A DNA stretch of 64,000 bases from Alphaproteobacteria bacterium UBA3864 (GCA_002393065.1 DGGW01000066.1:435-64434), one strand, 5' to 3'. Shown: positions 27,184-37,090, counted from the first letter of the stretch. Notes: a model not told the origin generated them from the letters alone. Made by a program: numbers and translations.

Positions 27184-29207
27184 ACGGTATGGCGGAGCCC
27201 TCGGAAAAAGAAGCAAAAGGCCTGACAAATCTGCGCAAGCTGTGGGCGGCGCAGGAAAAAAAGGTCAATAAGCTGAAGCAGGAATTGGAAAAAGCCGATT
27301 CCGACAAGCAGGCTCAACTGGCTAAAAAAGACCGCGATATCGCCGCGTTGGAAAAAAAGCTGGCGCACAGCGGCGAAAACATCGACACGTTGAAGGAAAA
27401 GCTGGACGCCTACCACCGCAAACATTTGGAAAACACCGCCGTTCTGGAAAACAGAAATAAAGAGCTTCGCGAACTCAAGGAACAAATCGCGTTGCTGGAG
27501 GCGGAATTAAACGCCGAACGCGAAACCGTCGTTCGTAAAAACGCCGAATTCGAAGCGTATAAAACGGAAGTCGAACAGTCCGAAAACGAGTTTTCAAAAC
27601 TGAAATCCGATTATGACGAAGTTCTGGACCATTTGTCCGAACTGCGCGTTTCCTATGCCAAAGCGACGGAGGAAAAAGCCAGTATCGAAGGACTGAACGC
27701 CGAATTGAACAATAAATTGCGCCAGACCGGTTTCGACGTTCAGGCCCTTTCCGCCAAACTGGAGCAAACGGAACGCAAGCTCGACGCCGAAAAGCAGGGC
27801 ATCGCCAAAACCCTGGCGGAACTGCGCGCGTCCGGATGGCCGCAGGATATGTATTCGCTTCGCCGCGATCTGGTCGATATTTTGATGCCGGACGGAACGG
27901 AAAAAAGCATCGTCGCCGCGCAACGCCTGTGCGGCACGTTCGGCCGGATGCAGATGAAGCCGTTGGATGAAATCCGTACGTTCGTCGACGGTTTCGTCGT
28001 CGCCAAAGCTTCCGATCTGGTCAAAAAATACACGTTGACGATGAATATTCCCGATACGCCCGTCGATATCGGCGTTTTGAGCGTGCTGAAAGACGTGTTG
28101 AGTTGTGCCATCGAAAATTCGCTGGAGTACGCTTTGCCCGACAAAGCCAAAGACGGCGTTGCGATGACGTTTGACGTTCGCGACGACGGGTCCAATCTGT
28201 TCTGCACTTTTTCCGACAACGGTGCGATATTCCTGTATGAAAAGATCCGCAGCGTCGTTCGCAACGCCGGTTGGATATCGACGGGAACGGCTTTGGAAAA
28301 AGAGGATCTGCTCGACTATCTGTTCCATCCCGTCGCTTCGGGCGGCAACGCCCCCGGCGGATTGATCCGCGCCGCGGAAGCCATCGAACGGTGCGGCGGA
28401 CGGATCAATGCGACCTTTGACAATGGTTTCATCCTTCGTTTCGTATTGCCTAAAAAATACATTTTTGACAAACAATTGATTTACTGGGCGGGCGAAACGC
28501 GATGCGCTTTGCCGCTGTCCTCCGTCGAAGAAGCGTTCTTTTTGTCGGTCGACGACGCGCGTAGCGGGATGATTACGCGAAACGGCAAGAAGATCCCCGT
28601 CCTGTCCGTTTCTCAACTGCCCGACGCAAAGGCCGTTCTGGGATTGCTGATTCATACGGGGCCTTTTTATTTTCTGATGCCGGTTGACCGGATCGACGAC
28701 GCCGAAACGTTCCTGTCGTTTTTGCCTGACAGCGACGGATCGCCGTACTTCCGTTCGTGTCTGACCGTCGAAAGCGGCAAGCCGTGCCGTTGGACGGATC
28801 TGGCGTCTTTCCTGAAAGAAACGATGCCGCCTTTGGCGACCCGGACCGAAGAAGACGGGGAACCGGACATCATTACCGCGCCGGACGAAACCAAAGAACC
28901 GTATATGATCTTCAACAGCGAACCGCATCGTTACGGCGCCGTTCCCGTCAACCGTGTTCTGAAGGTCGAATCCATGCATTACGGCCGGACGATCGACGAC
29001 AAGGGGCGGTCCGTGTTTTTGTCGGACGGACGCGTTCTGCCGTTGCGCGATTCGTCGGGCAAACAGAATTTCCCGTACGCCGAAGTCGTTTTGATTTTTG
29101 CCGATTTCGCATTGGCCGTTCAGAACGTCGCCGATTTTAAAGAAGACGAAAAAGGCTTGCGAAATTTGGATTATATGGGACGGAAAATCGCCGTCGTCGA
29201 TTTCTGA
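27180..29207 (+). CDS. CheA-like kinase lacking an HPt (P1) domain: N-terminal coiled coil of about 200 aa, an HATPase_c domain (P4-like) and a C-terminal CheW-like domain (P5-like).
   Basis: Its ATG overlaps the chpT stop (ATGA). N-box-like LSCAIENSLEYAL. G1-like VRDDGSNLF. G2-like HPVASGGNAPGGLIRAAEAIERCGGRI. CheW-like segment (IYWAGETRCALPLSSVEEAFF...KKIPVLSVSQL). Confidence 0.65.
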   Translation: MNGMAEPSEKEAKGLTNLRKLWAAQEKKVNKLKQELEKADSDKQAQLAKKDRDIAALEKKLAHSGENIDTLKEKLDAYHRKHLENTAVLENRNKELRELKEQIALLEAELNAERETVVRKNAEFEAYKTEVEQSENEFSKLKSDYDEVLDHLSELRVSYAKATEEKASIEGLNAELNNKLRQTGFDVQALSAKLEQTERKLDAEKQGIAKTLAELRASGWPQDMYSLRRDLVDILMPDGTEKSIVAAQRLCGTFGRMQMKPLDEIRTFVDGFVVAKASDLVKKYTLTMNIPDTPVDIGVLSVLKDVLSCAIENSLEYALPDKAKDGVAMTFDVRDDGSNLFCTFSDNGAIFLYEKIRSVVRNAGWISTGTALEKEDLLDYLFHPVASGGNAPGGLIRAAEAIERCGGRINATFDNGFILRFVLPKKYIFDKQLIYWAGETRCALPLSSVEEAFFLSVDDARSGMITRNGKKIPVLSVSQLPDAKAVLGLLIHTGPFYFLMPVDRIDDAETFLSFLPDSDGSPYFRSCLTVESGKPCRWTDLASFLKETMPPLATRTEEDGEPDIITAPDETKEPYMIFNSEPHRYGAVPVNRVLKVESMHYGRTIDDKGRSVFLSDGRVLPLRDSSGKQNFPYAEVVLIFADFALAVQNVADFKEDEKGLRNLDYMGRKIAVVDF

Positions 29208-29209
29208 CG

Positions 29210-31012
29210 TCAGAACCGGTACTGCAATCCGGACGTGATCGTTTTATTATCATATTTTTTGCCGTCCTGAAACGAATACGCCGTTACCCACGACCAATCC
29301 CGCGAAAGGGATACGGACAGTCCCGCGTCATAAACCGTTAATCTGGCGTCTTTGCGCGTCATCGCTTCCGGACGGACGGAAAGCGTTGTTCTGACTTTGC
29401 CGAAATCGGCGGCAAGGCCGACTTCGAATCCCAATCCCGCGACGGAACGTTTTCCGGCTTTGATCGTGGCGGTCATGATCAGATAAGCGTCAATATGCTT
29501 TCCGATCATCACGGCGCCGCCCGCACCGCCGGAAACGTCAAAAACGGGCAGTTCTTTGCCGGACGGCGAATAGAAAAAGCGGTCGAATCCGAATTTGACT
29601 TTGAACGCGACGGGATGGAACAGCTGTTCCGCGGGGGCCGGCGACATCAGATCGACAAAATCCAACCGGCGCAAAGACAGCTTGCCGTCTTCGTCGTAAC
29701 GAGCCGTTCCCGCCAGATAGTTGATGGCGTTGAACGGAATGAAGCCTTCGCTTTCGTCCAGAAGGGTGTGCAGAACGGGACGCCACGTCAATTCGACGAA
29801 GTTCTTGTGATTGCCATGTCCGGCGCTGACAGTGACGGCGGACGGTTTGTGGCTCTGGTCGGGACGGACGGACGGCACGGGAACGGGCGGCAGAACGCTT
29901 TTCGCGGGCAGGGCGTTGCGCGCTTTCAACAAGGCGATGGTACTGTCGCGCAGTGTTTTCAGATCGACCTTTTTCTTGATGAAACGGTATTGCAGATACT
30001 CGTAAGCCGTTTCCAGAACGGCGGCTTTGCGTTCGTCGGGCAGGTCGATCGCGGCGTTCGGATCGTCGATCAGCTTGTAAAGCGCGTCGCGTTCGGCGTC
30101 GGACAGATGGGCGAACGCGTTTCGGATTTTCGTTTGCCTGCTCGGACGGTAAACGATGTCGCCCGCCAAGCCTTTTTGTTTCAGGACGATGCGCACCGTG
30201 TCCGCCGGCAACGTGAAAAGGAAAGGCAGCTGTTCCGTCCAATCCGTTTCGGGGCGCAACAGGTTCAGCGTTTCCATCACCATGTACGAACAGTTTTCGG
30301 TCGCGAAATAGTATTGCGCCGTGTTGTGGCCGAGCTCCCACACATGGGCGATGAACAGGTCGGATTCTTCCTGCGTCATGTTCAGCCTGTATTCCCAGAT
30401 ATCGCGGTTTTCCATATTGTTGTACAGGTTGACCGTGTCGTAATACGGGTAAACGGAAAACACGCCGGGGTATCCGCCGGAGAGACCTTTTATCGCGTAC
30501 AGAATGTCGGTGTCGTTGCCGGTCACGGCGCCGTAGTTCAGCGCGTAAGACAGTAACGTCGCATCCCGTTGCGAATCGAGCCGCAACAACGTATGGCCGA
30601 AAAACGAAGCGGGATTGCCCAGATACGACGTCGTGTAAATCAGCGCGACGCGCGTCAGACCGATTTCCTTTCTGAATTTATCGTATTCGGGACATTCGGG
30701 GGCGGGCAGGGAAAGCCCGAGTTTGCGCTTTAACCATAAATAACGGCCGGCGAACAGACAAGCTTTTGACGGGTCTTTGTTGAACAATTCCGCGGTGGCC
30801 TTCAGTTCGGAAACGAGGTTCGTTTTGCCGTCGGGCGCGATGAAAAACTCTTTGGAATCGACGGTGCTTTCTTTTTTATGAAAGTGCATCAGCCGCGCCC
30901 ACGCGGGGTCGGCGGCGAAGTCTTTGATTTGCGCTTCGGTCAAATGAAAAGGCTCTGCCGCCTTTGCCGCGAAGCAAAGAAGACAGAGCCCTATCAGTAA
31001 TCCGAAACGCAC
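29210..31012 (-). CDS. DUF4105 (Lnb N-terminal-like) domain-containing secreted protein.
   Basis: Signal peptide. FGHTLLR signature (YLGNPASFFGHTLLRLD). 600 aa. Confidence 0.65.
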   Translation of the reverse strand: MRFGLLIGLCLLCFAAKAAEPFHLTEAQIKDFAADPAWARLMHFHKKESTVDSKEFFIAPDGKTNLVSELKATAELFNKDPSKACLFAGRYLWLKRKLGLSLPAPECPEYDKFRKEIGLTRVALIYTTSYLGNPASFFGHTLLRLDSQRDATLLSYALNYGAVTGNDTDILYAIKGLSGGYPGVFSVYPYYDTVNLYNNMENRDIWEYRLNMTQEESDLFIAHVWELGHNTAQYYFATENCSYMVMETLNLLRPETDWTEQLPFLFTLPADTVRIVLKQKGLAGDIVYRPSRQTKIRNAFAHLSDAERDALYKLIDDPNAAIDLPDERKAAVLETAYEYLQYRFIKKKVDLKTLRDSTIALLKARNALPAKSVLPPVPVPSVRPDQSHKPSAVTVSAGHGNHKNFVELTWRPVLHTLLDESEGFIPFNAINYLAGTARYDEDGKLSLRRLDFVDLMSPAPAEQLFHPVAFKVKFGFDRFFYSPSGKELPVFDVSGGAGGAVMIGKHIDAYLIMTATIKAGKRSVAGLGFEVGLAADFGKVRTTLSVRPEAMTRKDARLTVYDAGLSVSLSRDWSWVTAYSFQDGKKYDNKTITSGLQYRF

Positions 31013-31018
31013 GGACGA

Positions 31019-31465
31019 TCAGCCCAGCAGGTTGACCATCTTCGTCGCGACGGAAGCCGCGTCGGCGTCGGAATTCGCAAACAGTTCGCCGAAGTTGGCG
31101 CGGGCGATCAAACCGACCTTTTCGGAAGACGTGCCGACGATGGAAGCGATCGTGTCGATCGTTTCGCCGTGTCCGCGGGAAGCGTCAACGGCGAACTGTT
31201 CCAAGTTGTTTTCCAGGAACGAGAACACCAGCTTGCCCGTGCCGCCGGAGATCGTGTCGTTCTGACGGCAACCGGAGGTTCCCGTCGTGATGCCGAACGT
31301 CTGGCTGTAGAACGTGCCGTTCGTCGTAACCGCCAAGGTCTGCGGAACGATGCCGCTCTGGCCTTTCCAAACGATGGCGCCCAAACCGCAGCCGACGCTG
31401 TCGGCCTTCGCTTCGGAAGCCATGAACGCCAAAGCCAAACCGCAACAAACCAATACTTTTTTCAT
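31019..31465 (-). CDS. DUF3015-like small secreted protein, copy 1 of a tandem duplicate.
   Basis: Signal peptide MKKVLVCCGLALAFMASEA. GCGLGAIVWKGQSG...TTNGTF..QTFGITTGTSGC motif series. Confidence 0.6.
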   Translation of the reverse strand: MKKVLVCCGLALAFMASEAKADSVGCGLGAIVWKGQSGIVPQTLAVTTNGTFYSQTFGITTGTSGCRQNDTISGGTGKLVFSFLENNLEQFAVDASRGHGETIDTIASIVGTSSEKVGLIARANFGELFANSDADAASVATKMVNLLG

Positions 31466-31639
31466 TGAGAGCTCCTCTTAATAAATAAAAAAGCAAGAAA
31501 AAGGTACGATAAAAAGACGGATTTTTCAATCATAAAGTTTTAAAAGAACCGTTCCCCGCGTTTCTTTTGCCGCAAAAAAAACTCTGCCGCCTTCACCGGA
31601 AAGCGAAGACGGCAGAACCCGAGCCGTATATCCGGACGA

Positions 31640-32086
31640 TCAACCCAACAGGTTGACCATCTTCGTCGCGACGGAAGCCGCGTCGGCGTCGGAAGTGGAA
31701 AACAGCTCGCTGAAGTTGGCGCGGGCGATCAGACCGACCTTTTCGGACGACGTGCCGACGATGGAAGCGATCGTGTCGATCGTTTCGCCGTGTCCGCGGG
31801 AAGCGTCAACGGCGAACTGTTCCAGATTGTTTTCCAGAAACGAGAACACCAGCTTGCCCGTGCCGCCGGAGATCGTGTCGTTCTGACGGCAACCGGAGGT
31901 TCCCGTCGTGATGCCGAACGTCTGGCTGCCGAACGTGCCGTTCGTCGTAGCGGCCAGAACCTGCGGAACGAGACCGCTCTGACCTTTCCAAACGATGGCG
32001 CCCAGACCGCAACCGACGCTGTCGGCTTTCGCTTCGGAAGCCATGAACGCCAGAGCCAAACCGCAACAAACCAATACTTTTTTCAT
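31640..32086 (-). CDS. DUF3015-like small secreted protein, copy 2 (about 93% amino-acid identity to copy 1).
   Basis: Same length and sequence as 31019-31465 with about 10 substitutions. The upstream region is also duplicated. Confidence 0.6.
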   Translation of the reverse strand: MKKVLVCCGLALAFMASEAKADSVGCGLGAIVWKGQSGLVPQVLAATTNGTFGSQTFGITTGTSGCRQNDTISGGTGKLVFSFLENNLEQFAVDASRGHGETIDTIASIVGTSSEKVGLIARANFSELFSTSDADAASVATKMVNLLG

Positions 32087-32219
32087 TGAGTACTCCTCCT
32101 GATGAAATAAAAAAGCAAGAAAACGGTACGATAAAAAGAACGCCTTTTCAATTAAAAAGTTTCAAAAGAAGCCCCGTTATGCTACCATTTCCGAAACGGT
32201 TACATTAAGGAAATCCGAT

Positions 32220-33278
32220 ATGTCGTTATCGCAAAAAATCAACGATTGGGTCGAAAACGGGATTTTGACGGCGGAACAGGGCGCCGCCGTCGTTGCGTTC
32301 GAACGGGACAGAAAATCTTTGTTGTCGCCGATCGGCGCGCTGATTTTGCTCGGCGTTTTCGCCATCGGGACGGGAATTGTCGCCCTTGTCGCCGCCAACT
32401 GGCAGGATATTCCGGATTCGTTCAAACTGACGGTTCTGTTCGCCCTGCTGACGGGAACGGCTTACGCCGCCGACGCGTTCCGGTCGAAAAAGCTGGTTTT
32501 CGAAGGACTTTTGACGGCGGAAATGTTGCTCTTTTTGGCGGCGATAGGTTTGATCGGGCAGATTTATCATCTGCATTCGGACGCGTACAAACCGATGTTG
32601 TTCTGGTCGTTTCTGGCTTTTTTCCCGTTGCTGCAGACGCAAAAAATGATCCTGACCGCCGTTTGGGAATTCGTTTTCTTTTTCGCTTTTATGCTGTCGC
32701 CGTGGGGCAGGGAGTTCGCGCGTTTTCTGGGCCGTCATTTCAATACGCCCGTAACATATTCCGCGGCGGCGCTGTTCCTGTTCGGCGCGCTGACGCAGGT
32801 GCGGAAGGCGGAGCTTTTCGTCGCGCCGCTCCGAAAAGCGGCAATCGTTTTCGCCATGATCCCGCTGATGTTTTCGGAACGTCTTTCCCCGACGGGGGCG
32901 GATGCGGCGCTGTGCTTTGTGCTGGCGGCAGGTGCCGCGGGCTATTCCTTCCTGTCCGGAAAAGCCTATAAATCCGTTTACGCCGTGTGCATCCTTTACG
33001 CCTGTTTCGTATCGATACCGAAGTCGTTCCTGTTGTTTTTCGGACAGACGGGGATTCTGATCGCGTTATTGTTCGCGGGCGTGGAAACGAAGAGGTTCGG
33101 TTTTGCGCGCGTGATGGCTTTCGTCGCCTGCCTGCGCGTGATAGCGGCGTATTTCGAACTGTTCGGGTCGCTGCTTGAAACGGGCGGCGGACTGATCTTG
33201 ACGGGATTGTTTATTTTGGGAATCGCTTACGGCTGGCATAAAGCCGACAGGCGTTTGAAGGCGGAGAAAAAACAATGA
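32220..33278 (+). CDS. Polytopic membrane protein, DUF2157-like.
   Basis: Cytoplasmic N-terminus (WVENGILTAEQGAAVVAF) followed by about 9 hydrophobic helices. Confidence 0.5.
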   Translation: MSLSQKINDWVENGILTAEQGAAVVAFERDRKSLLSPIGALILLGVFAIGTGIVALVAANWQDIPDSFKLTVLFALLTGTAYAADAFRSKKLVFEGLLTAEMLLFLAAIGLIGQIYHLHSDAYKPMLFWSFLAFFPLLQTQKMILTAVWEFVFFFAFMLSPWGREFARFLGRHFNTPVTYSAAALFLFGALTQVRKAELFVAPLRKAAIVFAMIPLMFSERLSPTGADAALCFVLAAGAAGYSFLSGKAYKSVYAVCILYACFVSIPKSFLLFFGQTGILIALLFAGVETKRFGFARVMAFVACLRVIAAYFELFGSLLETGGGLILTGLFILGIAYGWHKADRRLKAEKKQ

Positions 33279-33757
33279 AAAACAAGATTCTGCTTTATAT
33301 TCCGATCGTCGTCCTGCTGTTGTGGCTCGTTTCCGTTCAGCAAACGCTTCATAACGCCCAAACCGTGATCATGCCCGTCGGCGGATACGATCCGCGCGAT
33401 TTGTTGTCCGGTCATTATTTGCGCATACAAACGCAGTATCCTGCCGCAACGGGGCTGAGCGGGTTCGGTCAAACGATGTATTTCTGCGTCGATGATTCCA
33501 AACTGTCGTTTGCGAAACCGGAAAACTGCGGGCTGTTCATCGCGGGCAAAAACCATTACGGCCGTTTCGACGACGGCATCAGCCGCTTTTATGTGCCGGA
33601 AAAGAAAGCTTTGCCGCTTGAACGCCTGCTGCGTGACCGTTCGCGCAAGGCGGAAATCGTTTTGGCGGTCGATAAAAACGGCCGCGTCCACGCGAAGGAT
33701 CTGCTGTTCGACGGCAAATCGTGGAAAGAGATTCAATTTCCGGACGGCATAAAATAA
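33275..33757 (+). CDS. GDYXXLXY-domain-like exported protein, coupled to the preceding membrane protein.
   Basis: Start overlaps the upstream stop (ATGA). Signal anchor. Motif VGGYDPRDLLSGHYLRI. Confidence 0.45.
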   Translation: MKNKILLYIPIVVLLLWLVSVQQTLHNAQTVIMPVGGYDPRDLLSGHYLRIQTQYPAATGLSGFGQTMYFCVDDSKLSFAKPENCGLFIAGKNHYGRFDDGISRFYVPEKKALPLERLLRDRSRKAEIVLAVDKNGRVHAKDLLFDGKSWKEIQFPDGIK

Positions 33758-34428
33758 GGCGTCAGGAACGTTTTGACGTCGGTCGTCTGAAAATCGCAGA
33801 AGTCTTTTTCATCGACGGCGCAGTATTTGTTATTCGCGACGTTTGACGAAATCCATGTCGCGAACATCCCTTCTTTTTTCGCGGCAAGGACGTTGGCCTG
33901 ATTGTCGTCGAACATCATGCTTTTCGCACGGTCGATTTCGAAAGTCGCCAGCATTTTTTCATACGTCTGCGGCGCCGGCTTCGGAACATAGCCCGCTTCG
34001 TCGATCGCGAAGATGCCGTTGATCACCTTGTCCAGCCCGATTTGTTCAAGCACGCGGGCGGCGTGTTCGTGCGCGCCGTTCGTGAATACGTACCGTTTTC
34101 CCGGCAAGGCCGCCAAAAGCTTTTGCATTTCGGGATCGGGCTTTAGCGACGACAAATCAAGCCGGTGGACGTAACGCGTGAAATCGGACGGGTCGATTTG
34201 GTGTTCGATCATCAATCCGTGAACGGTCGCGCCGTATTTCTTGTAGTAGCTTTTCTGGATGTACCACGCCGTTTCCTTGTCGACGTCAAGCATGCGCATG
34301 ATATACGACTGAATCCGTTTCGCCATCTGGTCGTAAACTTCGGGCGACGGCGGATAAAGCGTGTCGTCCAGATCGAAAACCCAATGGCGCAGACTGTGCA
34401 GCAGTTCGTTCGTTTGTTCGTTTGTCAT
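33733..34428 (-). CDS. HAD-superfamily hydrolase, pyrimidine 5'-nucleotidase-like.
   Basis: HAD motif I FDLDDTLY and downstream motifs. 231 aa. Confidence 0.7.
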   Translation of the reverse strand: MTNEQTNELLHSLRHWVFDLDDTLYPPSPEVYDQMAKRIQSYIMRMLDVDKETAWYIQKSYYKKYGATVHGLMIEHQIDPSDFTRYVHRLDLSSLKPDPEMQKLLAALPGKRYVFTNGAHEHAARVLEQIGLDKVINGIFAIDEAGYVPKPAPQTYEKMLATFEIDRAKSMMFDDNQANVLAAKKEGMFATWISSNVANNKYCAVDEKDFCDFQTTDVKTFLTPYFMPSGN

Positions 34429-34483
34429 GCGAATAATCCTTCTTCCGGATTATTCAGCATAAACCGCCGGCGTTAAAAAAGCG

Positions 34484-35674
34484 TTATCGGTTGTATTCGC
34501 GGATCAACGATTCGACCAGTTTCAAACCGCCGTCGATCGAAGAGGCGACGACGCTTTCGTTCGCCGAATGCATGTCGCGGATCGTCGCGACGCCGATCAG
34601 GACGGGTTTGAACGCGACGCCGTTTTTGTTCGTCATGTGAGCGTACAGGTGCGTTTCCGCCGCCGCGTGGAACGACGTGACTTTGAACGGCAGGCCGACG
34701 TTTTCGAAAGCGCGGCGCGCGACGGTTTCAAGCGTCTTGTCCTCCGCGCGTTCGAACGGCGGGACTTTTTCGGAAAAGACGGCGGATACGGCCGCCCGTC
34801 CGGCATAGAGAGCCTTGTATTTTTCGATGATTCCGACGATTTGACCGCGAAGCCGCATTTCCGACGCTTTATCCGAACTGCGGATCGAATACGCCGCGTA
34901 CGCGCTGGTGTTGATCATGTTCGTCATGCCGTCCGAAACGGCGGATCTCATGAAGGGTTCGTCGTAGGTTTTGTTGCGCAGACCGCCGCCCGCGACGGCG
35001 CCCGCATTGATCGAGGTGACGACGCCCGTTTCGTCGCGGTCGAAAACGCCCTGCGGGATTTCCGCCATGATTTCCGCCAGCAGTTTGACGGCGTTGACGC
35101 GCGTCGTGTCGGCGATGTCGTTGCCGGAATGGCCGCCTTTCGTGTTTTCGACGGCGACGGCAAGGTTCGTGTATCCCGCGCCGGCGACCTGAAATTCGCC
35201 GAGCGTTTCGCCGTCCAGAACAAGGATGTGTTCGGCTTCGACGTCGGACAGGTCAAGCGCGCGCGCACCGGACATACCGCTTTCCTCGTCGCGGGTGAAG
35301 GTCATTTCCAATCCGCCGTGCGGGAAAGTTTTGTCCGCCGCCAACCGCTTCGCCGCCGTCAGCGCGATCGCGATGCCCGTTTTATCGTCGGCGCCGAGCG
35401 TGCGTTTCTTGTCCGTTTCGATTTTGTCGTCCGAAAAAACAATGTTAACGGGGGACGCGTCGCCGACGACGTCCATGTGCGCGGACAGCATCAGCGGCTT
35501 TTTCGTTTTATCCGTCGCGGGAACGGACGCTCGGACGTTCCCGAACGCGTCGCGGCGGCATTTTATCCCGTTGTCGCGGCAAAAGTAAACGATCGCTTCG
35601 GCGACGGCGTCTTCGCCGAGCGACGGCGACGGAATTGCGGCCAGAGAACAAAACAAATCGACGACTTCGGACAT
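34484..35674 (-). CDS. M20-family metallopeptidase (ArgE/DapE/PepT-like).
   Basis: HMDVV metal-binding motif; GADDKTG; 396 aa. Confidence 0.7.
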   Translation of the reverse strand: MSEVVDLFCSLAAIPSPSLGEDAVAEAIVYFCRDNGIKCRRDAFGNVRASVPATDKTKKPLMLSAHMDVVGDASPVNIVFSDDKIETDKKRTLGADDKTGIAIALTAAKRLAADKTFPHGGLEMTFTRDEESGMSGARALDLSDVEAEHILVLDGETLGEFQVAGAGYTNLAVAVENTKGGHSGNDIADTTRVNAVKLLAEIMAEIPQGVFDRDETGVVTSINAGAVAGGGLRNKTYDEPFMRSAVSDGMTNMINTSAYAAYSIRSSDKASEMRLRGQIVGIIEKYKALYAGRAAVSAVFSEKVPPFERAEDKTLETVARRAFENVGLPFKVTSFHAAAETHLYAHMTNKNGVAFKPVLIGVATIRDMHSANESVVASSIDGGLKLVESLIREYNR

Positions 35675-35689
35675 GAAAAAAGCTCCTTG

Positions 35690-37090
35690 TTAAAATCTGA
35701 AATAAATGAACGGATTATACGTTGACGCCGCGACGAACGCCGCTGACAGGACGAACAGCAGGATCATCCAGACATTGACGAGCGCGTATAAGACTTTGCG
35801 TTCGGGCGGAACGGTCAGCATATTCTTAAACACGGGCATCGCGCAGACGAACGCCGCGATAAAGGCCAGAATCTCGATTCTGTCCACATAGTAGGACAGG
35901 TCGAACGCGACGTCGCTTTTGCGGAACACACCGAACATCCGGCGGACGTACTGCGAAGCGTAGCGCACCGTGTCCGCGCGGAACAATATCCACCCGAACA
36001 AAAACACGGCGATCGTGTAGACGTGCTTTAAGGCCGTGAAAGCCCGTCCGCCTTCCTTCTTCGCAAAGCCGGTCGCTTTCTCGACGATGATGAACAACCC
36101 GTGCCACAAGCCCCACACGACGAAGTTCCATGCCGCCCCGTGCCAGACGCCCGTCGCCAGAAACACGACGAACAGGTTGAACAGGTTGCGCCGCTTGCTC
36201 ACGCGATTGCCGCCGAGGGGAATGTACAGATATTCCTTGAACCACGTCGACAAAGAAATGTGCCAGCGCCGCCAGAATTCCGTGATCGATTTGGAAATAT
36301 ACGGGTAGTTGAAGTTTTCCAGAAACCTGAATCCGAAAATCGACCCGAGCCCGATCGCCATGTCCGAATACCCGCTGAAATCGTAGTAGAGTTGGAACGC
36401 GTAGGCGAACGCCCCGATCCACGCCGTCGGCGTGTCGAACAGCAAAACCGGTTGGCCGAAAATCTTGTCGGCGACGGCGCCGAGCGTGTTCGCGATCAGC
36501 ATCTTCTTTGCCAGACCGACCGTAAAGCGTTTCGCGCCGTAAGCGACTTTGTCGAAGCTTTCCTCCCGTCCGTCGATCTGGTCGGCGACGTCGCGGTATT
36601 TGACGATCGGCCCCGCGATCAGCTGCGGAAACAGCGAAACGTACAGCGCCAGCTTATACACGCTTTTCTGAACGGGCGTTTCGCCGCGGTACACGTCGAC
36701 CAGATACGACATCGCCTGGAACGTGTAGAACGATATCCCGATCGGCATCACGACGTTTAGCGGTTCGAAGCCCGCGTGGAACAACGAATTGACGTTCGTC
36801 AGGACGAAGTTGAAATACTTGAAGTAGAACAGAAAACTCAAATCGGCGACGACGGACAGCGCCAAGATCAGCTTGCCGCGCGAACGGTACCGGTCGATCA
36901 GCACCGCGCCGGCGTAATTGATCAAAATCGTCGTCAGCATGACGGCCAGATAGCGCGGTTCGCCCCACGCGTAAAACAGGATGCTCGCCGCCAGAAGGAC
37001 ATCGTTTTTCAGCTCCCTGCGGACCAGCAGGTACGCCGCGCACACCAGCGGCAGGAACATGAACAGAAAGGATACGGACGAAAACAGCAT
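35690..37090 (-). CDS. MBOAT-family membrane-bound O-acyltransferase (AlgI/DltB-like).
   Basis: Multi-pass membrane protein with the MBOAT conserved His region (WRRWHISLSTWFKEYLYIPLGGN). 466 aa. Confidence 0.85.
   Translation of the reverse strand: MLFSSVSFLFMFLPLVCAAYLLVRRELKNDVLLAASILFYAWGEPRYLAVMLTTILINYAGAVLIDRYRSRGKLILALSVVADLSFLFYFKYFNFVLTNVNSLFHAGFEPLNVVMPIGISFYTFQAMSYLVDVYRGETPVQKSVYKLALYVSLFPQLIAGPIVKYRDVADQIDGREESFDKVAYGAKRFTVGLAKKMLIANTLGAVADKIFGQPVLLFDTPTAWIGAFAYAFQLYYDFSGYSDMAIGLGSIFGFRFLENFNYPYISKSITEFWRRWHISLSTWFKEYLYIPLGGNRVSKRRNLFNLFVVFLATGVWHGAAWNFVVWGLWHGLFIIVEKATGFAKKEGGRAFTALKHVYTIAVFLFGWILFRADTVRYASQYVRRMFGVFRKSDVAFDLSYYVDRIEILAFIAAFVCAMPVFKNMLTVPPERKVLYALVNVWMILLFVLSAAFVAASTYNPFIYFRF

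Larger units (their letters stand above)
31019..32215. repeat. Tandem duplication of about 621 bp (gene plus upstream region) in two copies.
   Basis: The period is 621 bp between 31019 and 31640. The intergenic tails are similar (...aataaaaaagcaagaaaa[a/c]ggtacgataaaaaga...). Confidence 0.75.

Noticed and set aside
27594-28979. 461-aa minus-strand ORF
   Set aside because: It lies entirely inside, and antisense to, the CheA-like kinase gene, which has recognisable domain motifs.
29495-30556. 353-aa plus-strand ORF and a 267-aa minus alternative-frame ORF
   Set aside because: Both lie inside the DUF4105 gene, which has the FGHTLLR signature.
34568-35725. 385-aa plus-strand ORF
   Set aside because: It is antisense to the M20 peptidase gene.
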